A stretch of DNA of 53,015 nt, filler included, from Catajapyx aquilonaris (lineage: Eukaryota), in assembly GCA_000934665.2 (NCBI GenBank). It is 2 parts of 2 records of this genome, joined end to end, with 100 filler letters (N's around TTAATTAATTAA, not from the genome) between each part and the next. Parts side by side here need not be neighbours in the genome. Positions count along the whole stretch, not along the records: positions 1 to 26,463 come from JYFJ02005205.1; 1 more part is not named here. One strand, written 5' to 3'. Under the pieces are notes generated by a model that saw nothing but the letters and a program-made list of their open reading frames with translations, was not told the DNA's origin and did not search any database. Each line of letters begins with the position of its first letter. Positions within the stretch are counted from its first letter, which is position 1. This document shows, in pieces, positions 1-12,590 of the stretch. Position numbers and translations under genes: made by a program.

Positions 1-156
1 CAAACATAATCAACATAAATATAACAACACTGCTCCATGCATTACATACATTACAATCACAAACAACATAATTAACAACAATGCTCCATACATTACACAA
101 GGATAGGAAACAAGCGAAAAAAATCCTCACAAGGATAGCAATGTCTGATCACACTC

Positions 157-3100
157 CACAAGTAAGGACTACACACAAGTAAGGATTGCAATCTTCCGTC
201 GATACCGCGGGTATACCCTCGCTGCAAGGGGTACGGGACAATAACGGTACCGGTATGGTCCGGGGCGGGACGGCGGCTCATTTATTGGACCCGAAAGGGA
301 TTTTATAGATGTATTTTCTTCCCCGCATTCCTGGAACCTTACACAGTGCTTTCAAACCCAAAGTTTCGGGGCATATTTGTACAGATTTTACCTACGCTAA
401 CTTTTAATAAGGGCGTAAGTGAAAATTGCATGTTTGCGGCGTATTTGTCGTACAGGTGTCCTTTCCTAGGTTTTCAGGGTCGAGGAACTCAATTATGACA
501 TTTACAAAACCCTCAGAGGTCAACAACTTTCGTTGAGCAGGGGTCCGACGTTCGAATATTTTTGTACGAGATTCAACGACCATTTCTGGCTTGCCGTCGA
601 TACATTCGCGAAGTAATTCGCATTATAAACAGCCGAGATAACAGAGGTGTGCAATTAACTTAATTATGATTACAGAAATGACGATCTCAATGTTTCAAAT
701 ATATCGTTAGACAGACAAAGATGTGCACTATCCAGGGTTCACAGGCGCATTTTTTGTCCTCCTGAAAGTGTCATTAACAATTCACTTTGCGGTGTAGGTA
801 ACGTCGGCAACTAGTCAAAATATGACACTTTTCCGCCTTCTTTTTACGATAAAAAATTAGAGACGATAGGAAAACAACTCGCATACATGTATCGTGGATT
901 TAAACAATAGCTTTCTAACAATAATACATAGGCTACCATTATTTGAAAATTGAAATGAAATATACTGACGGTCCTTAGATATTTTGTGACCGTTGCGTCC
1001 CCGCAATGCTGGTTAAAAAGCAAAATTATATCTGATGTGCCAATTACCGCGATTGAAGACTTTCGTTCTCGGCCCTCGATCCCAGCTCAAAGCCCAACAG
1101 CAGTCATACACACTTCACGAGAGTTTTCTTCCGGACAGGCACATCTGGGAAAACTTGGGCCCCCCGCGGAACGGAATGGCAGAAATGAGGAGGTGGTNTG
1201 GATCAAACCACAAATAATTAGGCTCATCTTAATGCCCTCCACATGATGACGACCCTGAAATTTCCAAATTTTTAATTGATCGATCTGTTTATTCTACACC
1301 ACCATCAGCGGTTGAGAGGTGGCAACGCTGCGCTCATGCCAGTGTCTTAATCCCCTCTAACTCATCGGCCTGTCCATGTTAGAAAACACTGGACTTGATT
1401 CCATTGTCTGTGACATCTAGGGAATGTCATGCTGACGACTGCTAGCTGACCTAACGGATGACTGATGACCTCTTTCGGGTCACTTCCGATGTCACTTCTG
1501 GTGTAGAATAAACAGATCGACCAATTAAAAAATTGGAAATTTCAGGGTCGTCATCATGTGGAGGGCATTAAGATGAGCCTAATATTATTTGTGGTTTGAT
1601 CCAGTGAGGATGTGGGTTCCAAACTGGGCTATATAGGTTTTCTGTAATTTTTCAGGAGAGACGAAAAACGAATACGTACAGAAGCCGATACGACACAATC
1701 ACCATTTTTTTATGTCACATCATGCAGTTACCTCTGACACTTTGATAAAGTCATATTTAAAATTCAAGTTATTGTCTGCCCCCAATTAAATGTGTTTTGC
1801 CAGATATAAACCACTTTGGAACGCACTTGTCGAGATAGGTCATTATGGAAGAGCCTGAATGTTTCAACCTATTTAAAATCAACTTTCCATGACTGTATTA
1901 TTTATTTTCATCTGCATAGTTTACATCTCTCTGCATAAAATAGTGCCTTGTACCAAAGTAACAGCACAAAATGCTCAAATGAAGTGGTTTTACCCATCAT
2001 CCACACACTCACAAGGCCTATTATTACTATTATGGCACTATTATGGCACTAGAGTCAGCAGGTGGTCAGCAGTATTATTCACAACATCATCATCTGGGAG
2101 ACACACGTCCTTGTAATATTCTAGAAGGGGATCCTTCTCCCATTCGTCCCTATAATGCTTGAGCAACAGATTCCTTACCAGTGTCAAGCAAGAGGATTTC
2201 CCTTACACAAGGAAAGGAGAGGGAGGGGGGAGGTCGGAGAGTTTACACAACTCTGTACTTTTTGAGGAAAGGACGAATCCACTTCTCATTAATATCCAGA
2301 TCAGTGTTTTTATTAATAAAACACAAATCCCATGCTTAAAAAAGTAAGATAGCCCGTATTGGTATTGGCACATATTACAGTAGTGCGATCATTGCAGTAT
2401 ATAAACCATAATGGAAAGAACAGCAGGAGAGCTCTTCTTGGAACAAACTGGGCCACTGAGATAGACCACTAAGGAACAAACCGTTCAGTTTGAACGCTTG
2501 TAACTCCATGAATAATTTTTTTTGGCGCGGTCGGATTTTACGCAGTTGCAGGTCTCTACTCTGACCTAGATAAAAGAATTGCAGGTGTAATTAGCCAAAG
2601 AGGCCTTACCACCTGTGGGCAACAAACCAACGATGTCCGGCTCCCAGATCTCTACTCTGACCAAGAGATAGCATAGAAATCTCAATTTCGAATTTTTTTG
2701 AGATAGCCCACTATGGAAACCACCTCCTCATTTCTGCCATTCCGTTCCGCGGGGGGCCCAAGTTTTCCCAGATGTGCCTGTCCGGAAGAAAACTCTCGTG
2801 AAGTGTGTATGACTGCTGTTGGGCTTTGAGCTGGGATCGAGGGCCGAGAACGAAAGTCTTCAATCGCGGTAATTGGCACATCAGATATAATTTTGCTTTT
2901 TAACCAGCATTGCGGAGACGCAACGGTCACAAAATATCTAAGGACCGTCAGTATATTTCATTTCAATTTTCAAATAATGGTAGCCTATGTATTATTGTTA
3001 GAAAGCTATTGTTTAAATCCACGATACATGTATGCGAGTTGTTTTCCTATCGTCTCTAATTTTGTATCGTAAAAAGAAGGCGGAAAAGTGTCATATTTTG

Positions 3101-3763
3101 ACTAGTTGCCGACGTTACCTACACCGCAAAGTGAATTGTTAATGACACTTTCAGGAGGACAAAAAATGCGCCTGTGAACCCTGGATAGTGCACATCTTTG
3201 TCTGTCTAACGATATATTTGAAACATTGAGATCGTCATTTCTGTAATCATAATTAAGTTAATTGCACACCTCTGTTATCTTGGCTGTTTATAATCCGAAT
3301 TACTTCGCGAATGTATCGACGGCAAGCCAGAAATGGTCGTTGAATCTCGTACAAAAATATTCGAACGTCGGACCCCTGCTCAACGAAAGTTGTTGACCTC
3401 TGAGGGTTTTGTAAAATAATGTCATAATTGAGTTCCTCGACCCTGAAAACCTAGGAAAGGACACCTGTACGACAGATACGCCGCAAACATGCAATTTTCA
3501 CTTACGCCCTTATTAAAAGTTAGCGTAGGTAAAATCTGTACAAATATGCCCCGAAACCTTGGGTTTGAAAGCACTGTGTAAGGTTCCTGGAATGCGGGGA
3601 AGAAAATACAGCTATAAAATCACTTTCGGGTCCAATAAATGAGCCGCCGTCCCGCCCCGGACCATACCGGTACCGTTATTGTCCCGTACCCCTTGCAGGG
3701 AGGGTATACCCGCGGTATCGACGGAAGATTGCAATCCTTACTTGTGTGTAGTCCTTACTTGTG
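157..3763. mobile_element. Large inverted-repeat (foldback) structure, arms 157-1197 and 2719-3763, with DINE-1/Helentron-like outer ends
   Basis: The ~1.04-kb arms are reverse complements with about a dozen differences seen by eye, including a 4-nt indel. The left arm stops at the N at 1198. The outer end TACCCCTTGCAGGGAGGGTATA...CCTTACTTGT resembles DINE-1/HINE 3' termini. The inverted repeat is certain; the class is inferred. Confidence 0.85.
1199..1628. mobile_element. MITE with ~105-bp inverted arms, left end cut at the N
   Basis: 1199-1302 is the near-perfect reverse complement of 1499-1603. The right end point is approximate. Confidence 0.75.
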
Positions 3764-3793
3764 TTTGTAGTTCGTGCGTGTGTGTGTATTTAT

Positions 3794-4174
3794 GTCTTCA
3801 ATAAGGTCTGGGGACGGATTTTGTGCTTTTACTGTAGCTGTGGGGACGTATGTCCCCACAGTTCGAATTGTGGGGACATTTGTAAGTCCCCCCCGACTCA
3901 CACGCGCGATGTGTACTATTACAGTGGGGACATCTCCAAATTAGTGGGGACATGTCCACACTATATTCATTTGTAGGGATTCACAAAAGTCAATTTTTCT
4001 CAGTCTAGCTTAGTTAAGGTAGGGTAGGGTAGCGTAGGGTAGGGTAGCGTAGCGTAGGGTAGCGTAGGGTAGGTTAGGGTAGGGTAGGTCAGGTATGGTT
4101 AGGTCAGGTTAGGTTAGTTTTCCCTAGCTTCGAAAAGTAGAATTTTCACGTCCCCACACCTTATTGAAAACTAG
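3794..4174. mobile_element. Short non-autonomous element with 23-bp inverted ends, GGGGAC motifs and an internal TAGGG/TAGGT pentamer tract
   Basis: GTCTTCAATAAGGTCTGGGGACG (3794-3816) pairs with CGTCCCCACACCTTATTGAAAAC (4149-4171), 2 mismatches. The pentamer array is at ~4013-4117 and a TG-rich tract lies just to the left. Confidence 0.7.
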
Positions 4175-6256
4175 TCTGTGTAGTGTCTGTCGTGACCCTT
4201 CAGGGCTTCCGTAAAAACCTGAGAAACCACCTCACTAAAATATTATCTCTGTATGAGTCGACTATATCACGCAACTAATGCAATATGTAAAATGCATAAT
4301 TTTAGTGACAGCATTATTGTGTTTCATACGATATTTTTTTCTGAAAAATTGACGCTAGATCAACTACTTGGCATCGAACATATTGCATATTCACCTTTAT
4401 GAAAGTAATCCCCTGTCGCTTTAATATTTTAAATATCATGTCGTAAAGTACAGTATAATAAAAATGAAGAGACTGTCGTTACTGGAAGATTATCACATTT
4501 ATATCATTACCGGTATATATAATATACAGGATATCACAGTGTGTTTAATTGCCAATATATTGTCTGTTATATTTTATTTGCTTTATTTCTCCTGTTGAAA
4601 ATCTTTGAATTCTGAACACTAACGTGCATCATGGGGAAGCTCCTGGTAAGTACAAACTTTAATTTTGCTTACAACAATGCAGAGCAAATACACCTCTTAG
4701 TCCAGGATATGAGCCTCTCTCACCACCCTCCGTTCATAAAGCATAAATCCGGCTCTGAAAGTACCGGGTACTAAGCTGAAGCCAAAGCAAACGGTTCCTT
4801 AATCAATTCTCATTCATTTTGCGGATCCTCGTCCCGGGCTAGAGTCCACCCCCTCCAGGAGCCAAATTTATTATCGATTCAGTTCCGAGATCATAACCAC
4901 ATTGGCTTTCTCCCCTACATCCCCCCAAGCCCGCAAGCCATGCCGAGTATTTTCAAGGTGGCAATGAAAATCGCAGCGCTAATTACACCGCTTGCAGCTC
5001 CCCTGAATGGAACCCACCATAAGGGAGGAATGGGGGGCTCATTTTTATTTTGATTAATTTTTTCCTCTTTCTTTTCAGTGGAAAGAATAGCTGGAACTCT
5101 CCCCCAGGCCTGATTCCCCCCTGGAAAGAGCTCTTTTCCGATCAGCATCGATCGACACCCGAGCGTGTGTTTATGCGGCAAAGGTATTAGCAAGTTGGGG
5201 CCTGGATTAAACCGGCAGCAGAGACTGATGATGATGGCGGAGTTTTTAAATTGCGCCTCTCGCCAAATATGATTATTCATCCTTGCCTTACTTCCCGCGG
5301 GGAACTTAGGCCCGACGCCCAAACTGCTACTTGTGCCCAATCCTGGAAAATTGCCTCGCCATCACGCATATAGACGACGGGAGGAAAATATGAGGGAGGT
5401 AGGGCTGCTTTAAGGAAATGGCATGCATCAGATCATAATATTATTTTAGTCATTCGTTCAGAAAAAAAGTTCCAATTCTGTAAATACTTACAGTCTACAA
5501 AATAGCTGATGTTGTAGCCATAACCCAGGTCCATCTGCTTCCCTTTACAGACCAAACATTGTGTCACATTGCTTGAAACGTTTTCTGCACTGATTGCTAC
5601 TGATGTGTGCTATCATCATATTAATACTGTATACAGGATGATGAACTGCCACAGTGCAGGGGTCAAGAAGGCTATATATACTGTAGTAGTGTAGTTAGAC
5701 AACTTTGTATTACCGAGCCTGACATCGCCCTCGGTCATTGCCGTGAGTTGCCTGAGGAGGGTTGTATTCGGTTTAAAGGAAAGGGTGATGGGAGCTTCCT
5801 GTACACAGATATCGAACTGTAGCTGACATATTTGTGATTTTTTACACTATTTCCACTAGCTACTGTAGAGAGTGAGCATGTTAGAAGTAATATGTATGCA
5901 ATATGAAATATAAGCAATATTGTAATAATTGATACTCTTTAACCACGAGTGATTTGCGGTAAACAATACATAACTTGTTCACCTATCTCGACATAGAAAT
6001 GGGAGCTTGCGCTTTATAATCCTCTTTACGAAAGAAGCCGATAAAGCGCAGCAACAACGATATGTAATGTAACGTGATCTACATCCCTCCCTCTTTAATG
6101 CATAAGGATCTTCATGGCTGTGGCTTTTTCTACTAAGCAACGCAAACTAATAATTCCAACCACATGCTGCATGTGAGGAGGTCACAATTAAACATACATA
6201 TTTTGCGATGCAATAAACTCTGGCGGACTTTACAAAATTCAATACAGCATTATTTT

Positions 6257-6912
6257 CTACCATCAGACTTACAACCAAAGTAACTCTTCTTACCCTCCTG
6301 AATTGTGAAAATTTTCGGATTTTCTCATTCTTCTTGGCCTATAGTGTTGTGAAAACATCATCTCCGCTGCTAAATTCCACGTTAGCAGGGTGAAAATACA
6401 GCCAAAAGGCGATGTTCCGAAGCCACAACACCTGCATCCGGTCGCGAGTCGCCTGTCCCGGCTGCCCGGTCGGATCGCCTCTGACCGCGTCTGTAGCACG
6501 CTCCGGTGCCACGAAGGAGAAGGGTCATATCGCAGTCTTTGAAGTCGAAGGCGATTATAATAATGGAGAGCCAGGACTTCCAAGGCTCGTCTCCGTTATT
6601 ATAATCGCCTTCGACTTCAACGCGTGCGAGATGACCCTTCTCCTTCGCGGCACCGTAGAGCGCTACATATACTCGGTGAAAGGCGACTGCGACCGGGCAG
6701 CCGGGACCGGCGACTCGCGACCGGATGCAGGTGTTGTGGCTTCGGAACATCGCCTTTTGGCTGTATTTTCACCCTGCTAGCGTGGAAATTATTAGCAGAG
6801 GAAGTGATGTTTTCTCAACACTATAGGAGTATAGGCCAAGCAGAATTAGAAAATCCAAAAAAAATTCAACATTCTGGAGGGTAAGAAGAGTTACTTTGGT
6901 TGTTAGTAATGT
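6257..6912. mobile_element. ~650-bp almost fully palindromic foldback element, copy 1
   Basis: 6271-6903 folds on itself around a small loop near 6570-6585. A second copy is at 18210-18858. Confidence 0.9.
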
Positions 6913-7606
6913 TTACAATCTGGACCGAATAGAAGAGTTGAGAACAAAAACTTTCTTTATAGCATTGTTGGCCGCTTCCGAGTTATGCTTGAAACATCAT
7001 TGTATAGTATAACTTTCAACAACATACTCTTCTCCATTTCCCTCTCTCTGGAGCACCCAACTCTACAACTCACACACAACTTGCTTTCTTTGCCCTCTAG
7101 CTCTGACTATCTCCCCAGCACAAAGCGTGGACAATACTCCCAAAAGTATCCCCTCTCCCAAGAAGAGAACCCTTCCCTTTTATTTTCGCCCACTGTGGAA
7201 GTAATGTTGCCCCTGTCAATGAGCCAACACCCACGGAGGCTTGAGGGCTTGGATGACTCAAGCCTCCGTGCCAACACCTCCCTGCAATAAGAGACAATCC
7301 TTCTTCCACCACCCCTTACTATAACCGGATACTCCCAACAGAGGTGAAGAAGACCTTCCAAGAACGGGGAGGGTCGAATTGCAGAGCCAGTTGGCGAAAT
7401 GAACGCGGAGCACTACAATACCTCTAGAGAAATGTTAGAAATAAAGTGAGTTTATAAAAGATAATACAATCTTCTAGCCATCACATCTCGAAATCAATCG
7501 ATTGTGACTCTCATCGTTCTACATATTTATTGTCTTCAAATCTAATATATTACACGTATAGGAAACTCACATTCGAGCGATTATGATAGCCTACGACTTC
7601 TATGAT

Positions 7607-7964
7607 GGGGAGGTGTAGATGGCCGAGATGGTAACGTCTCGACTTGCTGAGTGAAAGGCCCCAGGTTCGATCCCCGCCTGGGGAACTTTCCTTTCACCTG
7701 CGTCAGGAGGGTCTCTGACCTGCACCATCCAAGGAGGTGTCTGGCAACCTAACCTCCTGGGGGACTGCACATGACCCCTTTTCAGACCTTGCACTTGCAC
7801 CAATGTTCCCTCCCCCAAAAAATTCCTATATCCTTACCCCATGTCCTTTCATCCTTGCACCGGAGTTAGAAGAAAAAAAAAATCAGAAAATGGAAGGAAA
7901 AATGGTGGTATTCCACCCCCCTATAAGGGCCTATGGCCCTATCACGGGGTAACGTAGAAAAGGA
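7607..7964 (+). mobile_element. tRNA-derived SINE, family A
   Basis: A box TGGCCGAGATGG and B box GGTTCGATCCC. TSD TACGACTTCTAT (7592-7603, 7965-7976). Homologous copies at 30713, 31126 and 49541. Confidence 0.9.
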
Positions 7965-8296
7965 TACGACTTCTATCATAACTGTAGTAATGGTTCACCG
8001 AAATATTACTATAAACGTTACTCCAAAACACACCAGCCGTCCATAAGTAAATGCAATAAACATGATTCAGTCCACTCTACTTTGAAGCAAGAAAATAATC
8101 ATGAAACCTGCAGCCTAGACCCTACTGTACAATATGAAATGAAGTTAGTTAAATGTGGACGTGTGATGAGCTCATAAGTTAAGGCCCCGATGCAAAATAA
8201 TGTGGTCTTTTGCGGTGCGCGGGGAGAAGTTTTCGGGATGCTCTCTGCACATGGTGTTCCTCAACTACCGCATCAGACTTCAAAATCATATATGGC

Positions 8297-8391
<95 letters not shown>
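8297..8391. repeat. Compound (AAT)n(GAT)n microsatellite
   Basis: Directly visible. Confidence 0.97.
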
Positions 8392-8392
<1 letters not shown>

Positions 8393-10102
8393 TAAACCCA
8401 GGGAAAAAGACGACATGTGTAATTTTGTGTACTATGACACGCAAAAAGAATGTCGTCACTGTTTATGTTATTTTGTGTTTATGTGTTGGCTATCCTGGGC
8501 GCTGCCAGGCTACCGTGGTTGTTTATTTGCGATATTTCTGAATCCACAACACTGTGATCACCGGTCACGGTTGCGGTCCCATGGCCGCACGGTCCGGGTC
8601 TCGGGAGGCGGGCGGGGGGTGGGAGGTGCGTTGCGTTGTCTGGTGAAGGTGAAACTGTGTTTATTTGGGGTGATGGGGGCAAGGGGGGACGGGAGGGAGC
8701 GGAAGAGGCAGTGGCCACGACATGTGCAACACTCCCCCGGGGCGTCAAGGCTAAAACTATGTAAATAATGCACTTTTTTCCATATACACACACTGTATAT
8801 ACTGTACGTTCCTATAATGAATTTTTCTCCTCTTTCTAGTACACTACGCCAATTGTCTCGATTTGCAACAGGAAAGGGGGTTCTAACGTGCTGGACCGTT
8901 GGTTTTTTTTTGTGCTTGTCCGGTCGGGAAAAGGTACGAATCGTATGATCATCGCGGCTTGAAAAAGTACTATACCGAATGTAGGATTAGAAAAAAAAGC
9001 GTGAAATAGCGAGGGGGAAATACTGTCCGAGTGTCAGGTGGGCAAGAAGGGGGCATTTTCTGGCCGATTCTGGGTCCCTTGTTCATATGTAGCATTTATT
9101 TGCATATCGTCTTTCGCACTTTTGCAATTAATTGATGCATGTTTTTCCGCGCTTAGCCAGCAGGTTCAAGGCACTATTTATATGGACCAAACAGGCGCAC
9201 AGCGTGAGATTTCAGCAATCCAGCGCGATTTTATTCCTGTGTGAAAAACTATGTGCGGGAATATTTTTAAATGGGTTTTTATGAATAATACTGCACAAGA
9301 GAAACGGTTCGTAATGCCTATATAGGCATTTATAGTAATCACATTTAAAATTAATTAGCCTACATAATTGTGCAATTTTATTAGCCATGATTTCACATAA
9401 TTACAAAACTGATACGGTACAATATGATTATAACTCTTGCTTCTGACTGTCATTAATGATACACACAAATATTATGTCAAAAAAACTATGTGAATGCGGG
9501 GGCACATTCTGAAAACGAGTAAGATTTATGCAGTTGCGCAAACTTCCGCAAAATTTTATTACAATTTTGAATAGCCCATATGTCCTACTTTTGTGTACAG
9601 TACATGTGGTATGAGGTGGGTAAAATTCGGTAAAATATAGTAAACGTGTCAAATCATGCAGCGTGGCGCAACACTTACGAGAGATTCCTGAGGCAATGTT
9701 TTGAAAATTTGCTATAATTATAAATACAATGATGCTTTTAGAGAGTAAATGCCAGTACACTTACCTTGCCAGGTCTGAAGTTGCAGAAAACAAAATCCTA
9801 ACCAAGATGCAATGTGCGCATGCAGCACACTCGTCCAGCAAAGTAAATGAGTGATAATCGCTTGCGTGGAAGTATCTGGTAATGTGGTCAGGTGGGGGTA
9901 TGGATAGGTCCATTGTTTAGGTGATGTGGGACTCTTAAAATGAACTTAGCCCACATTTTATTAACAACGAGACGTGACTCTTTCTAAATAAGTTGTGTTT
10001 TCGTATATTAGAGAGGGGTCACTTTTCCATTTAAATCCCGTTGGGTTGTTGAAATGTCACACTGTGAGGCGGTCAGATTGATGATAGGCACTAAATGCTG
10101 CA

Positions 10103-10354
10103 CACTGGCAGCCTGGCATTATAGTCTACAAAGGCCGATGCGCCGTCGCCGCACACTGGTCGGGAGAGCCAATTTTTAGGGACAAAATTCCTTAAAAGCA
10201 AACAATTTTATTTCTAAAACTAGGAAAACCCTCGCTCCGCTCGTATTTTCCTAGGGCACTGGCCTAGAAAACCGTTCGCTTCGCTCGCTCTTTTCTAGGC
10301 CTGCGGCCTACAGTGCCCACCACATTTTCAATCTCTTCGGACTTATTGCCAGTG
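10103..10354. mobile_element. hAT-like MITE
   Basis: CACTGGCA...TGCCAGTG termini. The 8-bp flanks ATGCTGCA/ATGATGCC match 6/8. Internal short hairpins carry GCTTCGCTC/GCTCCGCTC motifs. Confidence 0.55.
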
Positions 10355-10724
10355 ATGATGCCAATCATATCCACACCCCCCACCCTCACCCATTCCTCCG
10401 TGTATTCACATATCCGTGATTCCCTATCCTGCGCCCAATCTGCAATCCCACCTTTGCATTAGCTGGGAAATATGCATTTGCCCACCTCAACATACCCATA
10501 CCTTTTGCAATTAAAAAAACAAAAAAACAAAAAAAAACAAAAAAAAACAATTTATTATTGTATGAACAGAAATTCACAACCTCTACCGCCTCTACTCGCA
10601 TGCACTCGCACACATGTATCTAAATAATTTATATGCACCCTTTCGGACCGCGTTTTTCTAACTGCTCATAACTTCCCTTTATTATAAACAGCCAATGGAA
10701 CTTATGGCAGTGTCTGTATTAGAT

Positions 10725-10783
10725 CAGTGGTTCCCAACCTGGGGATCGCGAAGCCTTCTCCGTGGGGGTCGAGGGTGGCCGCG
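10725..10783. mobile_element. hAT (Charlie-type) terminal fragment
   Basis: CAGTGGTTCCCAACCT terminus with GGGGTCG-like subterminal motifs, similar to the element at 31669. No partner end was found. Confidence 0.55.
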
Positions 10784-12547
10784 ATTATTTTAATAAATTA
10801 AAGAATAACTACAATTAAAAAATAATATTAGATGATCAAAAACTGGTTTTATTCTTCCCGCCACTTTCTTTTGACATTCTCGGCCTATCTCCGTGTTCAG
10901 TGTTGAATATCGCGGCTAATCCTGCTTACCAACTCTTCCCACTGTGGGGATGCCAGTACTTCCGTCAGATGTGAGAGGACCGTAACTAAATATTCACTTC
11001 CCTTGCCGCGAGAAACGAAAGCAAGTGTTACCGAAAGCATCCAAGAGGTGGCGTTGGGGGAAGGGGGGAAAAAGGAACGGCACCCCAACTCCACCTGTTG
11101 GGTGCTTTTGGTACCACTGCTCTTTTTCTCGCCGCAAGGGGAAGTGGACATTGAGTTACGGTCTTCTCATATCTGACGGCAGCAGTAAGGACCTCGTTTA
11201 AAAAAACCGAAATTATTTTACTTTGTTCATAAAAGTCCATGGAGTTATTGGCACCACTGATAAACAATAACATCCCTACCTCAGTGGCCAATATTCGATT
11301 CGGTTTGTTTACGGCACGTTCCATTTCCCCCCTCCTCTCCCCCTCCCCTGTCGTGAGGTCACTGTGAAGACGTGGGTGGAGGAAGGTGGAAGGGTAGAGG
11401 GGTCTTCACGGGAGAGGAGAATGATGTGTCCTCGTTGACGTCCAACAAGCGACTGTGGCGTCCTTCCACCCATTGCGCATGCTCGGAAGGGGGGCCAATT
11501 GGAGGCGTCATGGTAACAATGCGTCCAGGGAACAATGAACGCGGGCCAATGGGGAGGTGGCGGCAACAATACGCGGCGGCGGACCAATCAGAGGGCTCGG
11601 TCATAGACCGCAAGGATTTTAATATTACAGATTAAAAGGTGTGCAAAGGAGAGTAATACTTGTGCCACAAGGAACGGGGCAAATTTTTCCACTGGAATTA
11701 AAATTGACGTTTCTGTATCCAGAGAAACAGGCAGTAACAAGATATCAGACGTAAACTGCCGATTTTATGTGCGCACGCAAAGTTATAGAAGTTAATTCAT
11801 CAAAAAATAAACATACAATTTTCAAATTTGACGAGTAATTACCTGACGACCTCTCGCAACGATTACATATAAAATTTACTGTGCACTTTTTTTCAGACGC
11901 TTAAAATTATATATTATGATGGGCGTTCCATAATGTTATTAGCAGCCGATAAAATATGAGTTACACACCGGTCACTATGAGTCACTATCATCAAGTAGCG
12001 CTCATATCTGTTCCCTGATACTGTAGTTCTTGTAATTAAAGAGAAATTGGCTGCTTAGAACTGCTTTCTATGCCTAAGTAAGGGTAAAACTTGCACCAAG
12101 GTGTGAATTTTCACTCCCGTGCGTATGTTTATATTTTCCCTGAACGGCTGATGCCCATGTTGCTAGTGTCTTCCGATCCTACTATTTCAATACTGTAGAC
12201 AATACCACCGAAGAAGAACTACAGCAGCCTTCCTAAAGCCGTGATCAAACTACTGAAAATTCCTTCTGAATTCTCTGCATAGAAAATACACAGTGCACAG
12301 AGTGATGATTAATATACCTAACTCCTGGTCATGTTGAAGTTATTTTTTCCTGTGTATAACATGTAAATGCCATGTTATTGTGTATGTTTTACGTAACATA
12401 ATGTAATTGGAGGCGACAAAATAAGGTTATTATTATAGAGGGATTCCTCCAGTTGCCTAGAAAATTTACAGATTAGTGAGGAATAACAGTATCCATTAAA
12501 TACTTCCAAATGACTATAATATTAACAGGTTAGTGAGGAGAATCAGC

Positions 12548-12588
<41 letters not shown>
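12548..12588. repeat. (AAT)n microsatellite
   Basis: Directly visible. Confidence 0.95.

Positions 12589-12590
<2 letters not shown>

Noticed and set aside
986..2930. Twin ORFs MTVASPQCW... on opposite strands
   Set aside because: By-product of the inverted arms, with no recognisable domain.
6290..6884. Mirror 122-aa ORFs on both strands, repeated at 18273-18745
   Set aside because: Expected from a GC-rich palindrome. They have no protein motif and arm indels shift the frames.
6985..7450. Coding-like Ser/Pro-rich stretch, possibly a transposon accessory-gene relic
   Set aside because: Contains stops and no motif I can identify.
7607..7690. tRNA genes here and at 20340-20423, 28197, 30713, 31126, 33380 and 48561
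   Set aside because: They are SINE heads with imperfect cloverleaves. All but the decayed 33380 fragment have attached bodies and TSDs.
8200..8541. Poly-Asn/Asp and poly-Ile/Met ORFs
   Set aside because: Translations of the microsatellite.
10897..11324. Minus-strand ORFs as a hAT transposase C-terminus
   Set aside because: Only a vague resemblance, and the dimerisation motif is not seen.
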